Positions 1-12,967 of a stretch of 64,000 nucleotides of DNA are shown here, piece after piece. Below the pieces are notes generated by a model. That model ran no database searches. It was not told the DNA's origin and saw nothing but the letters and a program-made list of their open reading frames with translations. The position numbers and the translations under genes are program-made. Numbering within the stretch: position 1 is the stretch's first letter; each line of letters opens with the position of its first letter. Source of the DNA: Octopus sinensis (taxonomy: Eukaryota); assembly GCF_006345805.1 (NCBI RefSeq), contig NC_042997.1, forward strand, positions 8,370,001 through 8,434,000, in the 5' to 3' direction.

Positions 1-3000
1 GTCCACGTACTTCTTGAGATTTTTACTCACTGTTCCCAAGGCTCCGACAATTATTGGTACTACTGCTACCTTTTCCATCGACCACCACTGCTTAACTTCC
101 CAAGCTAACCTGTCACATCTCTCATCTTTTCTTTCTTCCTTACAGCATACCTTGTTGTCAGCTGGGCATGCTATGTCTATGATCGAGTATAGATTGTTTT
201 CCTTCTCAATTAAGACTATGTCCGACTTCCTATTCTCTATTTCATGGTCTCACTGAATCATAGAATCCCATAGAATCTTCGCATTTCTATTTTCGACGAT
301 GCCTTCAGGTTTGTGGCCGTACCAATTTTTTGCTCTGTCAAGTCCATATTTGTTGTAGAGTGTCCAGTGGACAAGCCTGGCTATATTGTCGAGGCGTCTC
401 TTATATTCATTCTGGGCTAGTGCTGTACATTGGCTGGTAATATGCCATACGTTTTCATCGTTTTGTCCACAGATTCTGCACATGACTTTCAGCTGTGTTG
501 TCTATTCTGTATTTTATGCAGTTTGTTCTTAGTGCTTGCTCTTGGGCAGCACAGATTACAGCCTCCATTTCCGGTTTTAAATCACATTTAGTCATCTAGA
601 GCTATCTTTTTCCTCTGACTGTCTTATCTTCAACATCCTTATGAAATTGATCATGCATTATTTTCTTTACGCACCAATTTTCAGTTTCATTTGTTTTCAA
701 TTTCTTGTATAGTGCTTTATCTTTGCAAGCTTTCATCCTACACAAGCCTGATCTTCCTACTTCTAATAATAGTGGCTCTGTGGTATTTTTTACATACTAT
801 GCTATGTTATCTTCTTCTGTTCTAATGCTGTGTTTGCATTCAATAAGTCCTCTTCCCCCTCTTTTTCTTGGTACATATAGTCTGTCTGTGTCACTTTTTT
901 GGTGGAGTGACCCATATCTAGTTACCAACTTACTTGTCTTTCTGTCTAAGCTGTTTAGTTTGTCTACTGCCCATGCGATTACCCCTGCTTCATATCTAAG
1001 GAGTGAAACCACCCAAGTGTTGATAGCTTCGATCTTATTCCATCCATTTAATTCCGGCTTAAAGATCAGTCTCAGTCTGCACAAGTACTCCGCCTTAAAT
1101 TTTTCTGTGATTTCTTTATCCATCAATTTATCAATTTCCAGAATCCCCAAGTACTTATAGCCCGTCTCTTTTATCTGATTCATAACCTCCCCTGACGGTA
1201 TCATTAGCCCGTCCATACATTTGATTTTGCCTCTCTTCAAGACTAACGTACCACACTTTCTCAGTCCGAACTCCATTCTGATATCAGCACTGAAGGTATA
1301 CACCGTATCAACGAGGGAACTGACTTGGGCTTCATCTCTACCATAAAGTTTAAGGTCATCCATGAATAACAAGTGGTTAATTTTTGCTGGCGGCTTTTGA
1401 ATACATACCCAGCTTTTGCTTTGCTCAGAATCAGTGTTAATGGTATCAAGCACAATACAAAAATCAGTGGGGACAAGCAGTCCCCTTGGAAGATGCCCCT
1501 CCTAATTTCTACTTTCTCTAAACATCTTCCGTATGCTGTCAGGTCCGTACTCCAATTCGCCATACTTTTTCCAAGCAATGGCTCAACATTCGATGCAATA
1601 CCAAATAGGTTCATACACTCCATAATCCATGAATGTGGGATCATATCATACGCCTTACTTCAGTCGATCCATGACATGACTAAGTTATTTTTCCTCCTCT
1701 TGCAGTCTCAAAGTACAGTTTTGTCTATCAGGAGTTGATCCTTAGTACCTCTGGACTTACGCTTGTAATCGTTCTGCTCATGTGACAGGACTCCATTTTT
1801 TCCCAGATGTCCGTACATTGACTCTGCGAGTATTCCAAGCAATAACTTCCACATAAGTGGCAAACAGGATATCAGCCTGTAATTGTCTATCGTGTTGCCT
1901 TTTTCGATGTTTTTCAGGCACAGCACTGTCCTAACCAATGTCAACGACTCTGGTGTTCCTTGGTCGGCATTTAACAAGGTGTTGAGTTGCGCAGCTATTC
2001 GTGCGTGATATTCACCAAATCTTTTGATCCAGTAACCTTGAACTCCATCTGGTGCCGGGGCCTTCCATTGCTCCTTTTTTTTTTTGCTGATTTCCTTCAA
2101 TTCCTTAACTGAAATGACTAGTTCTGCCTGTTTTCGACAGACTACTGTTTGTTTCAGTTCTTGCAACCTTTCAGGATCCTTCTTGTGCTCCTTATCTTTT
2201 CTCTAGATGTCACTCCGAAACCTTTGACTTTCAATGTTATCTGGTAACAACTTTTCATCTGTACACTCTCCATTTATTTCTTTATAGAATCTCTTCTGAT
2301 CTACTCTGAATAACCTATTCTGGTGGTAACCCTTCATCCTTTGGTCTTATTTTACCATCTTTGCTTTCTTTGCAACGAGGTGCTGTCTCAGTTCCTCCAC
2401 TGCTACTTTCAGGCCCTTTCTTTCAATATTATACTTCCTTTTCAGTGCCCTGTATTTTTGTTCGCTTTTAAGCGCCCCTTTCTCTTTTCGGTCTCATACA
2501 GATTTCGTTAGAGAGCATTCTAACCCTGCCTGGATTCTTCTTTTCCACCATAGATCTTTTCTTTTCTTACTCCCATTATGTTTCTTTTTCTTGACATCAA
2601 CACACGCGTTGTCTGCTACAACAGTACTTGCTGCCTTGATCAAATTATTTGTTTCTGTGATGTTTGTTCTGATGTATTTCAGAATTTCAATGACATTTTT
2701 CGTATCTTGGTTCAATTTCCATCGATCAACATTTTTAAGGTTGCAAATAATGTCGCTATCGTTTTCTTGTAATCTTGCCTTTATTCTGTCGTACGTTACC
2801 TTTTGTTTATCTGTCATGTCGCCATTAGTTTTATTGTCTTCTTTTAGATCATCTCCCATCAAGTAAACTACCACTGCTCCTTTCCTGTGCTATGAGATTA
2901 CTCTTATTATTAAGAACTCCATTTCATTGTTGTGTCTGCTGCTATATTCCATGACCCGTCTTTTGATAGCTTCGAGCTCTACTTCTGTGAAGCAACATTT

Positions 3001-3083
3001 TTTTCTTATTACTCTAGCTTGATCACATAGTCTCTTTTCCGTGAGTTAAAACAATCCCTTTTCTCTCCAATTATCATACATAT
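1..3083 (-). mobile_element. Decayed R4/Dong-like non-LTR retrotransposon (RT + CCHC + restriction-like endonuclease), frameshifted, 5'-truncated, runs off the window edge
   Basis: Minus-strand ORF pieces give RT motifs KAPAPDGVQGYWIK, NYRLISCLPLMWKLL, IRRGIFQGDCLSPLIF, INHLLFMDDLKLY and RLYVPRKRGGRGL. These are followed by the zinc knuckle CRICGQNDENVWHITSQC and an RLE region (KILWD...RKSDIVLIEK...IIDIACP...VPIIVGALG). Multiple stops and frameshifts. Confidence 0.92.
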
Positions 3084-3460
3084 GTTGTCGTTAACCCCTA
3101 ACTTCAGCACCATTTTCATCTACCGGGCTGCTCAGGCAGTAACACTTCATGAGAACAGCATTAATTTGCTTGCTCCATCTACGCCGTATATGGTGGACTC
3201 TTTTCTGTGTATCGACAAGCTGATAATAAAAAACAATGGATTTATACTGAAGTCGAATCTATATAACAACGAAAGTACGAAGCCGAATTCGGAATGTGAT
3301 ACACATATTAAGAGAATAGTTATGCGAATTAAGCAAATTATTACTAAATTATTTTTGACTGATTACTTGTAAACTTATAAAAATTATCATTCATAGACTT
3401 AACTATTGCGTAAAGTTGACATGAGTGTTTGTACACAATTGTTTTGTTAAAAGTGAGTAT

Positions 3461-3852
3461 ACTCTTTTACTTGTTTCAGTCATTTGACTGCGGCCATGCT
3501 GGAGCACCGCCTTTAGTCGAGCAAATCGACCCCGGGACTTATTCTTTGTAAGCCCAGTACTTATTCTATCGAACAGCTAAGTGACGGGGACGTAAACACA
3601 CCAGCATCGGTTGTCAAGCAATGCTAGGGGGACAAACACAGACACACAAACATATACACACACACTTATATATATATATACATATATACGACGGGCTTCT
3701 TTCAGTTTCCGTCTACCAAATCCACTCACAAGGCATTGGTCGGCCCGGGGCTATAGCAGAAGACACTTGCCCAAGATGCCACGCAGTGGGACTGAACTTG
3801 GAACCATGTGGTTGGTTAGCAAGCTATTTTCCACACAGCCACTCCGGCGCCT
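3461..3852 (-). mobile_element. tRNA-derived SINE, family A (CR1-like 3' tail, internal CA/TA microsatellite)
   Basis: Reverse complement begins ggcgccggagtggctgtgtgg (A-box-like) and ends ggcggtgctccagcatggccgcagtcaaatgactgaaacaagtaaaagagt. Near-identical to copies at 16.3, 54.3 and 59.4 kb. Confidence 0.88.
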
Positions 3853-4585
3853 ATGCGATAATTTAACTTAACTAATCTTTAATATAACTTAATTTCCATG
3901 AACTAAACAAATTTCTTGTGGTAAAAGAATGCCACAGAATGTACATATAGTAATTCCAACATGTTTGAGCAACAGTGCAAGTCTCATACTTTTTTTATGT
4001 TTATTATAACATTCTGTAACTCTTTTGAGCGTGCGCATTTTTTAATTCTAGTTTCGTACTTTTTAAGGCAAAGCTTGTAATATTTATATATGTACTGTAT
4101 CTATTCTAATGGTGTGGCAGCCTCTAATAACTGACATCCAAACGCCGACCAATTGAAATAGTGTGACTTTTACAATATTAACAAATGTACGATAAAATCG
4201 ATAATAATTGTCGTATTTGTTTATTATCATACGGAGAGATACTGGACAGCAGTTAATATATTATAAGCTGTACTATAAAGAAATGTATTTTAAAAAATAT
4301 TAATAATATTAATTTTTAGAAAATCATTAGCAAAATCTAAAACGACATACCATGCAAAGAACAGAAGGCGAAAATGAGTAATAAAAAATTCTTGAAGACA
4401 GTTGCATGCCAAACTATCGCTCATTGGTTGATGATGATAGAAAACTAATTAATGAAGCGCGATCACCATGCAAACGGCCACGGCCCCTTCATACTTTCAT
4501 TCGCAACGCAAGCATATATTGCCAGACTCACTGTAGACTCGACTATAATACTCTATTGTCGGTCACTGTGGACTTAAAAATATAT

Positions 4586-4901
4586 AAAACAATTGCAGCG
4601 TGGAAGGTGTTCATAAGCCATTTAAGAAATACACAAAATCCTTTAGATTCATTTCAACATTTAAATTTAATTTGTCAAAATATTTTCGCCGCTTTGAGAC
4701 CGCGACATGTTCACTGACAAATTTATCAGTGAACATGTTGCGGTCGAAAATATTTTGACAAATTAAATTTAAATATTGAAGTGAATCTAACGGTTTTTGT
4801 GGGTTTCTTAAATGGCTTATAAACACCTTCCACGCTGCAATTGTTTTCGTTCCAGCACACGATCTCAGATCAGGTCACCTACTATGCAAGTACATCTCCG
4901 T

Positions 4902-4902
<1 letters not shown>
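4586..4902. repeat. Fold-back element: ~130-bp inverted arms (4586-4720 / 4722-4847) plus a 55-nt single-copy tail; PLE-derived architecture
   Basis: aaaacaattgcagcgtggaaggtgtt...gttcactgacaaa is mirrored by tttatcagtgaac...aacaccttccacgctgcaattgtttt. The tail cgttccagcacacg...ctccgtaa abuts (TA)n. Confidence 0.85.
4669..4723 (-). ncRNA. Minimal type I hammerhead ribozyme-like motif, G3-C8 core variant
   Basis: Minus strand reads AAUUUGUCA-GUGAACA-U-GUCGC-GGUCUCAAA-GCGGC-GAAA-AUAU-U-U-UGACAAAUU. This gives a 9-bp stem I, a 5-bp stem II with one G-U pair, and palindromic stem III AAUAUU. Confidence 0.6.
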
Positions 4903-4919
<17 letters not shown>

Positions 4920-4936
<17 letters not shown>

Positions 4937-4961
4937 GGGGGGAGAGAGAAAGAACGAACGA

Positions 4962-5025
<64 letters not shown>

Positions 5026-5070
5026 AAGAATGAAAGAAAGAAAGAAGGCAAGAAAGGAGGAGAGAGAGAA
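4920..5070. repeat. (AG)n/(GAAA)n microsatellite
   Basis: Directly visible. Confidence 0.95.
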
Positions 5071-5329
5071 AGTAATCACATGCATAACACCACACTACCC
5101 CATCACATATATACCCTCATATATGCACGAATCATATACACGAAATAAAACACACAAACACAAACAAACCAAGACCACACATCCACATAGACATCCTTAC
5201 ACTTCGTAACAATATCTTCGAAAATACTAGGTTTGCAATGGACACATGAACACTCGAAGAAAAACATATACACATTAAGAGTACAAGGACGTGCACAGAT
5301 ACACACTTGCTGTATTTGTGTATGTGTAC

Positions 5330-5562
5330 CTATTTATTTACTACCCACAAGGAGTTAAACACAACGGAGACAAACAAGGACAGACAAACGGTCAAGTCGA
5401 TTACATCGACCCTCCAGTGCGTAACTGGTACTTAATTTATCAACCCCGAAAGGATGAAAGGCAAAGTCGACCTCGGTGGAATTTGAACTCAGAACGTAAC
5501 GGCAGACGAAATACGGCTACGCATTTCGCCTGGCGTGCTAACGTTTCTACCAGCTCGCCGCC
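5330..5562 (-). mobile_element. tRNA-like SINE, family B (Nin-domain-like core)
   Basis: Reverse complement begins ggcggcgagctggtagaaacgttagcacgcc...gagttcaaattcc and contains gtcgactttgcctttcatcctttcgggg. Matches copies at 11.0 and 25.6-26.0 kb. Confidence 0.85.
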
Positions 5563-5874
5563 TTATTTGTGTATTCGTGTATGTATACAGGATTATGCAC
5601 ACTCGCTCACAGTTACCTTCCTTGGGACTCTAGCACGTATGACTTGATCATTCAAATCTCATGCCACTTTCAATATGATTTATCCCGGACTAAAGCGCAC
5701 CTTCCTATTATACTCACGTGTCGTTGCGAAACTTTAATCTCTGTCTGATCTTCGGAAGAAAAGCTGAAAGTCGAAACGTTAAAGACGGTTTTAATTTTCT
5801 CCTTTTTTTTACCAAACTTCAGACTAATAATTACGTATTGTTCTCACTTTGTCTTCCGAGCTATTAATTTCAAC

Positions 5875-5935
5875 TTATACATTCACACATACACACATAT
5901 GTGCGTATACATATATAAACATGTAATCATATATA

Positions 5936-5995
<60 letters not shown>

Positions 5996-6177
5996 ATATA
6001 TATATGTATATTATATAATATGTATGTATATATATGCATGTATATATATATTATGTATGTATGAATACATATGTATAGATAAATACATTTATATATGTAG
6101 TGTGATGTATATATATATATATATATGTAAGCATATATATATATAGATATATACACATGTATATATACATACACACG

Positions 6178-6210
<33 letters not shown>

Positions 6211-6803
6211 GTGTGTGTGTGTTTGTGTGTATGTATGTATGTATGTATGTATGTATAACACTTACACGTCTGATTAAACCCTCTAGAATGTGTTATATTT
6301 AACATTTCTATATCTAATGTCCTATATACGTGTGGTACGTTCTGCCTCTGTTGCGTTATCTTTGTATTTGTTCTTTTTTTCGATTTTCTATTTGTTTATG
6401 CTTACACCTTTTTTTTTTTTAATATATTTTACGTGTATATTATATATATATATTTTTTTCCTTTTAATCTTTTTATCAATTTATTTTTTCTTTTCCTCTT
6501 TCATTACTTTTTTTATCTATTTATTCTTTACTCTTAAGTTTCTTTGTTTATTTATGGCTAGATAATTTATTTTCGATTTCAGTGAATGCCCACACTTATC
6601 ATCATGGTTATGAATGCAGTGTTTTTGGCTTTTGGTTTTTGGTTTTTTTTTTCACCTCAGAACTCGGTTGCCTTATCAATGACATTTGCGAGACTCAGAT
6701 TAGTAACATAGATTAATCTCAGCACAACAATAAAACTAACAATCTACTTCTGTGTAGAGTAATTCATGTTTTCATATATATGCACACCTATACATACTCG
6801 TAC

Positions 6804-6884
<81 letters not shown>

Positions 6885-6993
6885 CAATATACATATAAAC
6901 ATATATACATATATACATATATACATATATGTATATTAAAATATTTATATATACATATGCATACATATATATATATATACTATATATATATAA

Positions 6994-7035
<42 letters not shown>

Positions 7036-7313
7036 CATATATATATATACATATGTATATGTATATATGTATATCAATATAATATTCTGTGTTTATATAC
7101 ATATATACATATACGCATACATGTAACATAATATATACACCCACCCCATCTCCCACATATATGTATATGTATGCATACATGTAATATATTCATGTGTGTA
7201 TGTATAAGCATCTGTTTAAGGAAGCATATGTGTGTGTATATATATAGATACCTACATACATACATACATATATACGTACATACATACATATATACGGATA
7301 ATTATATATGAAC

Positions 7314-7367
<54 letters not shown>

Positions 7368-7395
7368 TACACGTATATATACATTCGTACATATA
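5875..7395. repeat. Compound (TA)n/(CA)n/(TATG)n microsatellite tracts with a T-rich spacer
   Basis: Directly visible; explains the YI/HT-rich spurious ORFs. Confidence 0.9.
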
Positions 7396-7600
7396 CGTTC
7401 GTTTGCTTTTTGTTTTATTTTTTATTTGACATTTCGATCAAAAGATCTTTTTCAAAGAAAAGAAGAGTTTATATAAAACACAACATGAAGAACACAAAAG
7501 CACAGAACTTATTTTATGACAGCAGATTTCAGAAACTTTCCATCCCATCAGGCCAGTGGACAGAGTTCTGACAAGTATCTTCAACCTACAACATGTTGCG

Positions 7601-7790
7601 TGGAGGGCGCGTAGCTTAGTGGTTTAGGTGTTGGACTCAGTATCGTAAGATTATGGTTTCGATTCCTGGACCGGGTGATGCGTTGTGCCCTTGAGCATAG
7701 CACTTCATTCCACGTTGCTCCAGTTCTCTAAGTTGGTGACTATATACGCCAATGAAACCGACTAACCAGCCCTTATGAGTCGACACTACT
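7601..7790 (+). mobile_element. tRNA-derived SINE, family D head
   Basis: ggagggcgcgtagcttagtgg...ggtttcgattcc (A/B boxes), then gttgtgcccttgagca...cacgttgctccagt, shared with 35338 and 37480. Confidence 0.75.
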
Positions 7791-8500
7791 CGAGAAAGTA
7801 ACTTTATCTTACTTTTTTGCATGTTGCGTATATGCCACAAACCTCTGCTGACATATATAATATATATATATATATATACGTTTTGATAGAAAAAAAATTC
7901 AGGAAAAAAAACTAATAAAATTATGGCTAATATTGAACGCATTTTTTAAAACTATAAATGTGTTCATATTTTACGTCACAATATATATATTTCAAACTCC
8001 TCCAAAAACATCCAGCCGGGTGATCGAGGTATGCTTATCATATGTATTTTCCCCTTAAATTGAATCTTTTAGTCACGCTGGAGATAAAGAAAGAAATGCA
8101 ATTAATATGCCTACTGATCTAGTTAGTGGAAAATTTCTTAATGCATATTGATGTTTTCAGAATTTCACAACTGCCCCAATCGTCTTCAGGAGAACAACTA
8201 AGGTCCGAATGTGTGTCATTTCTTCTGCTTCACTTTGTTATCTATATACATCCTTTGTTGAACAGGAACTATTAATAGGAAATCCGTGGAGAAAGCAATA
8301 GATTGCTGGTATTGTTAACGCATTGTTTTGGCTTCCGCTACTGTTCAAATTTTGTAACAATACTTCAAATTTCATCTCAAAACAAATATTTTTTTTGAAA
8401 TATTTGTATGTGTGTGTCTGTGTGTGTGAGCGTGTGTGCATGAGTTTTATGAGAAATCATACTAACGAAAAAACAACTAACCAGAAAATGAAATGAGTAA

Positions 8501-8760
8501 TTGAAGAAGAAAAAAAAGAAGAGGAAGAAGAAGAGAAGAGAGAAGAGAGAAGAAGAAGAAGGAGAAGAAAAGAGGAGGGTAGAAGAAGAAGAGAAGAAGA
8601 AAAAGAGAGAACAAGAACAAGAACACAAGAACAAGAAAAGAAGACAGAAAGAAGAAGAAGAGAAGAAGAAAAGAAGAAGAAGAAGAAGAGAGAAGAAAAG
8701 AAGAAGAAGAAGAGGTAGGTGGAAAAGAGCAAGGAGGAGCAGGACGAGAAGTGTATAGGA
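8501..8760. repeat. Degenerate (GAA)n purine tract
   Basis: Directly visible. Confidence 0.9.
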
Positions 8761-8901
8761 GGGAAAGAAATATAAATGCGAAGAAAAAAGGAAGCAACAA
8801 TTTTTAATAAAGGTGTACAAGTGATATACAATGTTGTGTATTTCAGTCTGCGGCACGTTATACAGGCTTGCCCGACAATCATGTTTTCACAGTACGAAAC
8901 T

Positions 8902-9612
8902 AAATAGCTGACGTACTCAGTAATTCCCGGGAAAGCGGCGCTTATCTCTTGGTTCCGTTCTCATAATTGTTTCGCTAATCCAATAACAACAATACAAACT
9001 ATGTAGCCCTTAAAACGGTTTCCGTGCATTTACAGAGAATCCCGAATTGTCTTACACAGGATCTTCTTTTTACGAATTCCCAATAAGTTATGAATACCCA
9101 GTTATGTAATAAAATGAAATTAGTTATCCGATAGTAAGAGTTCAAATAAAGTGGCCCCGAAAAGGGCTTTAATGCGTTTCCAGAGTATATAGAACTTAGG
9201 AGGAAATACTAATAAGGTATGTACACTAAAATCGTGAAGCATGTTACGTACTAACAGGCTAATCAGATATGAGATGACAAAAATTCAAAGTAAATAACTC
9301 TGAAAAGGGCTTTTCTGCGTTCCCAGACAATATTACCCTCAGAGGCGCTAGTGTTGGTATATTCCTTGGCTATATATAAGGATCTCTTCCAGGGGCAAAT
9401 GGGTAGTTTCCCTTGGGTTTTAAAATAAAATATATATGGAGCCCTTCCAGTGATCCTATTATCGATTTTTTTCAACAATCTGAGTATGCCATGAGGTTTC
9501 CAGACATCAGTTCTGCTCACGTGTCAAGTTTAATCAAAATCGATGTAGGTGAAGCTAGCTAACAACTCCACAAACGCACCCACAGACAGAAATTTCCCAT
9601 ATATGTACTAGA
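8902..9612 (-). mobile_element. Possible non-autonomous Helitron-like element
   Basis: Minus strand starts a|tctagtacatatatgggaaatttctgtctgtg (TC start followed by a tctg repeat). It ends with the imperfect hairpin cccgggaattactgagtacg and a CTAG-like cagctat. Similar layout to 30634-31030. Confidence 0.4.
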
Positions 9613-9849
9613 TAGTAGTTAGTATTTAAATCTTGTGTATATTAATTGATATTTATCTCATACTGAAGGAGGTATCTTTTTGCTCATCCCACCAATAGCA
9701 TGTACAACAATACAATATATATAGTGAGGTAAATACATATATACATACATACATACACACGTACATACATCCATACAAGCATATACATACATACATATGC
9801 ACACACGCATATATATACACATACACATGCATACATACAAACACACACA

Positions 9850-10530
9850 TTTATAGTGAGAATTTACAAAAAAAAAAGACGAAGACGGGTTTGTAAACAA
9901 CAAAAAGATGTATTAGTTTAACGCTCGGGAAAGTACGAATTTTTTTTACGTTTCGAGCCTACGATCTCAAACAGAAAGGAACACGAGAAAATAAACAGAG
10001 TGAGGATAAAAAAAAACTTTAGAGGCTAGTGGTCAACAATGGCTGCTGGCTGGACGGTCAAACAGGAGAGCTTGGAAGGAGGGGAGATAATAAAGTAGTG
10101 GTGATCCCAAACGAAGGTACGCGTGCATGTGTATGTGAGAGCGCGTATGTACGTGTGGATGGGGGATGGTGACCTTGACGTGTGCGTGTGTGCATGTGTA
10201 GGTGTGTGAATGATGGTGTGGGTACTGGGAAGTGATCAGTGTTATTGTGTGCGGTCTGGTGTGATGTGGTGTGGTGGTGTGTGGTGTACTGTGATGGTGT
10301 TGGGGTATGGGGAGGCGACAGTGGGGAAGCAAGGGTGGGGTGTAACGGATCGGGTGGGGGTGGGATGGGATGTATAGAGATGGTGGGGTTGGAATGTCTA
10401 AGGGTGGGGTAACGAGGGAAGGGGTGACGATGAAGGGAGAGGGTGGAAGGGAGAAGGTGGGTAGGAGTGAAGAGAGGAAGTAGGTGTCAGAGCAAGGCGG
10501 AGAGGTGGGTGAGAGGAAGTAGGCGTCACC
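9850..10530 (-). mobile_element. Interspersed repeat, probably PLE 3'-derived, with a degenerate hammerhead-like motif and GT/G-rich segment
   Basis: Minus strand ctttctgtttgagatcgtaggctcgaaacgtaaaa. Segment 10170-10280 recurs inverted at 11785-11905. Confidence 0.5.
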
Positions 10531-11030
10531 TTGAAAACGTTTTTAATATGTATTTTGGGTTATATTAATCTCAATGATATTTTTTTATATATAAATACGT
10601 TGACAGAACAGAAGCAATTGTCGGCTTTCTAGGATGTATTCCAGAATTAAAGATGTAATTTTCTCTATCTGTATTTTTCTAATACACACACACACACACA
10701 CATTGTGAAGGCTTGTGAAGGCTTAGTGGATAAAATGCTGCTCACGATTGAGCAATGCACTTCATTTCATGTTGCTCTGCGATCTGACAGGTGGCACATG
10801 GTGCACGTGTACAGGTAATGTCGATTTGATGGACAGAGTGAGCTTATGTGAACACAAATATTTGATCACTATAAACAAATCATTTGTGCAGTTGTTCGGC
10901 AATTTCTTGCCGAACCCTCATACGTGGTCTAACGACAGAAGAGTCCATGTTCTCTCTCTGTTTATTTTCTCGTGTTCCTTTCCATAGCTTAAGCTTTCAT
11001 TTCTGGATCATAATGATCCATATATATATA

Positions 11031-11261
11031 TATTTCTTTACTACCCACAAGGGGCTAAACACAGAGAGGACAAACAAGGACAGACAAAGGGATTAAGTCG
11101 ATTACATCGACCCCAGTGCGCAACTGGTACTTAATTTATCGACCCCGAAAGGATGAACGGCAAAGTCGACCTCGGCGGAATTTGAACTCAGAACGTAACG
11201 GCAGACGAAAAACGGCCACGCATTTCGCCCGGCGTGCTAACGTTTCTGCCAGCTCGCCGCC
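11031..11261 (-). mobile_element. SINE family B, full length
   Basis: Nearly identical to 5330-5562. Confidence 0.88.
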
Positions 11262-11904
11262 ATATTCCATATATATATATATATATATAATAGCAGAAAT
11301 ACTCGGCATTGTTCGGGATTAAACTGGCATAGTTTGTACATGTATTATTGGAGTTAAGTTGAAACGTGATACGAGAAAGTGCAGCATTGATAACAAAAGA
11401 TTCGTAAAGTAAATGAGGAGCTAATTCGACTGACATATCATGCGTCCGTTTGGAGGATTCCAGGCCCTAATCTGTCTTGGAAAATTGGGGGTGGGCTGTA
11501 TACTCTCCTTTGCAGCGGTCGGCACTGCGTCTAACACGACCCATCGTATGGCTGACAGTCGAATGAATGTGGGTGTAATGGAGATATCGTACGTAAATGG
11601 ATACATCCCAGAAAGGTTCTGCAGTGGGAGACGGCAACGGAGAAGTGAACTATTGAAATGTTCCAGAAGGCGATGGGTTGACTGTGGATTGCTGGTGTGG
11701 CTGTAGAATAAGAAACATAAACTGAGCCTATGCAGTCACATGAGAATATGTAGTAATGAATTACGTGAAAAGGTAAGGTGTAATTCACCACACCACATCA
11801 TACCACACCATATCACACCACCCCGCACACATTAGCACTGACCACTTTCCAGCACCCACACCCTCATCCACACACCTACATATGCACACATCCACACGTC
11901 AAGG

Positions 11905-12232
11905 TGGTTCGACAAAAGAGACCGATATAATAAGTAATAGGCTTGAAAAATAAGTACTGAGTTGATTTGTTCAACTAAATCTTTCAAGACGGTGCCCCAG
12001 CACAGCTGCATTCCAATGACTGAAGGAAATAAACTTTTGAAGATAAAGATGGAAAATTACTTAGCGGCTTTTCGTCCGTCTTCATGTTCTGAGCTCAGGT
12101 TACCACGAGGTCGACTTTGCCTTTTATCTTTCGGAGTTGATAAATTAAGTACCAGTTGATCAATGGGGTCGATGTAATCGACTTAGCCCTGCGCCCAAAA
12201 TTGCTGGCCTTGTGCCAACATTTGAAACCAAT
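11905..12232 (+). mobile_element. 3' fragment of SINE family A followed by a 5'-truncated family B relative
   Basis: gacggtgccccagcacagctgca...tgactgaag, then gtcgactttgccttttatctttcggagttgataaattaagtaccag. Confidence 0.7.
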
Positions 12233-12967
12233 ATCTTCGTATCTAATTTTTCCGTATGTTTGTTAGTATTATGTTACAATCGCCCATTGTTGTAAGTGCT
12301 TAAGGAATCTACGAATGTCATATATGTAACAAGCATATGGAAAGCTTCCACTTTTACAATAGTGCTTATATATCATACGAGCAAAACGCCCCCCGTCCAA
12401 TGGACGGTGCTGAGTTGTCAAACATTTAAACCAAATTTTCTTAAAACAACTTGTCCGACCGTCCCATAGGCCTCCCCTTTGAGAAACACTGATTTAACCT
12501 AAATTTGAAACACCAGCAAAAGAAGAAATACAGATAGACTGTTTTCTATTCCAAAGAAAAACGATTTTATTCACACAAATATGCATCCGAAGAGTTTAAA
12601 GTACCAGTAAGTACATCGCAACAGTTGATGTACTTGCGCGTACAAATGCACGTTCCCACGGCTTTATCGATCGCATTCTCACCTGGAATCGATTTTTGTA
12701 ATTTTTTCAAGACTTATACACGCCCTGATACCGTCGGTATCTACATATCAAATTCGAGCGCAATCGGATGGAGGCTGCCCGAGATCCTAGAAGACACACA
12801 CAAACGCACAGACAGACAGAACGGATTTTATATAATTGATTGGTCTCACTGTTTTCGGACTTAAAGTCTTGTGTTTCATTATGGAAAGCGAAGTTTGTGA
12901 TATCTTCGGACTTTTTGTTGTGCATGGTGAGTGGTAGTTTATTGTTTGGTGTGATATATTTTGAGTT

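Noticed and set aside
705-2866. Plus-strand ORFs over the R4/Dong element
   Set aside because: Antisense shadows of the minus-strand RT.
7515-7560. Minus-strand tggc-ctgatgg...gaaatctgct-gtca as a hammerhead
   Set aside because: A9 is changed, there is no U16.1 and no palindromic stem III; too degenerate to support.
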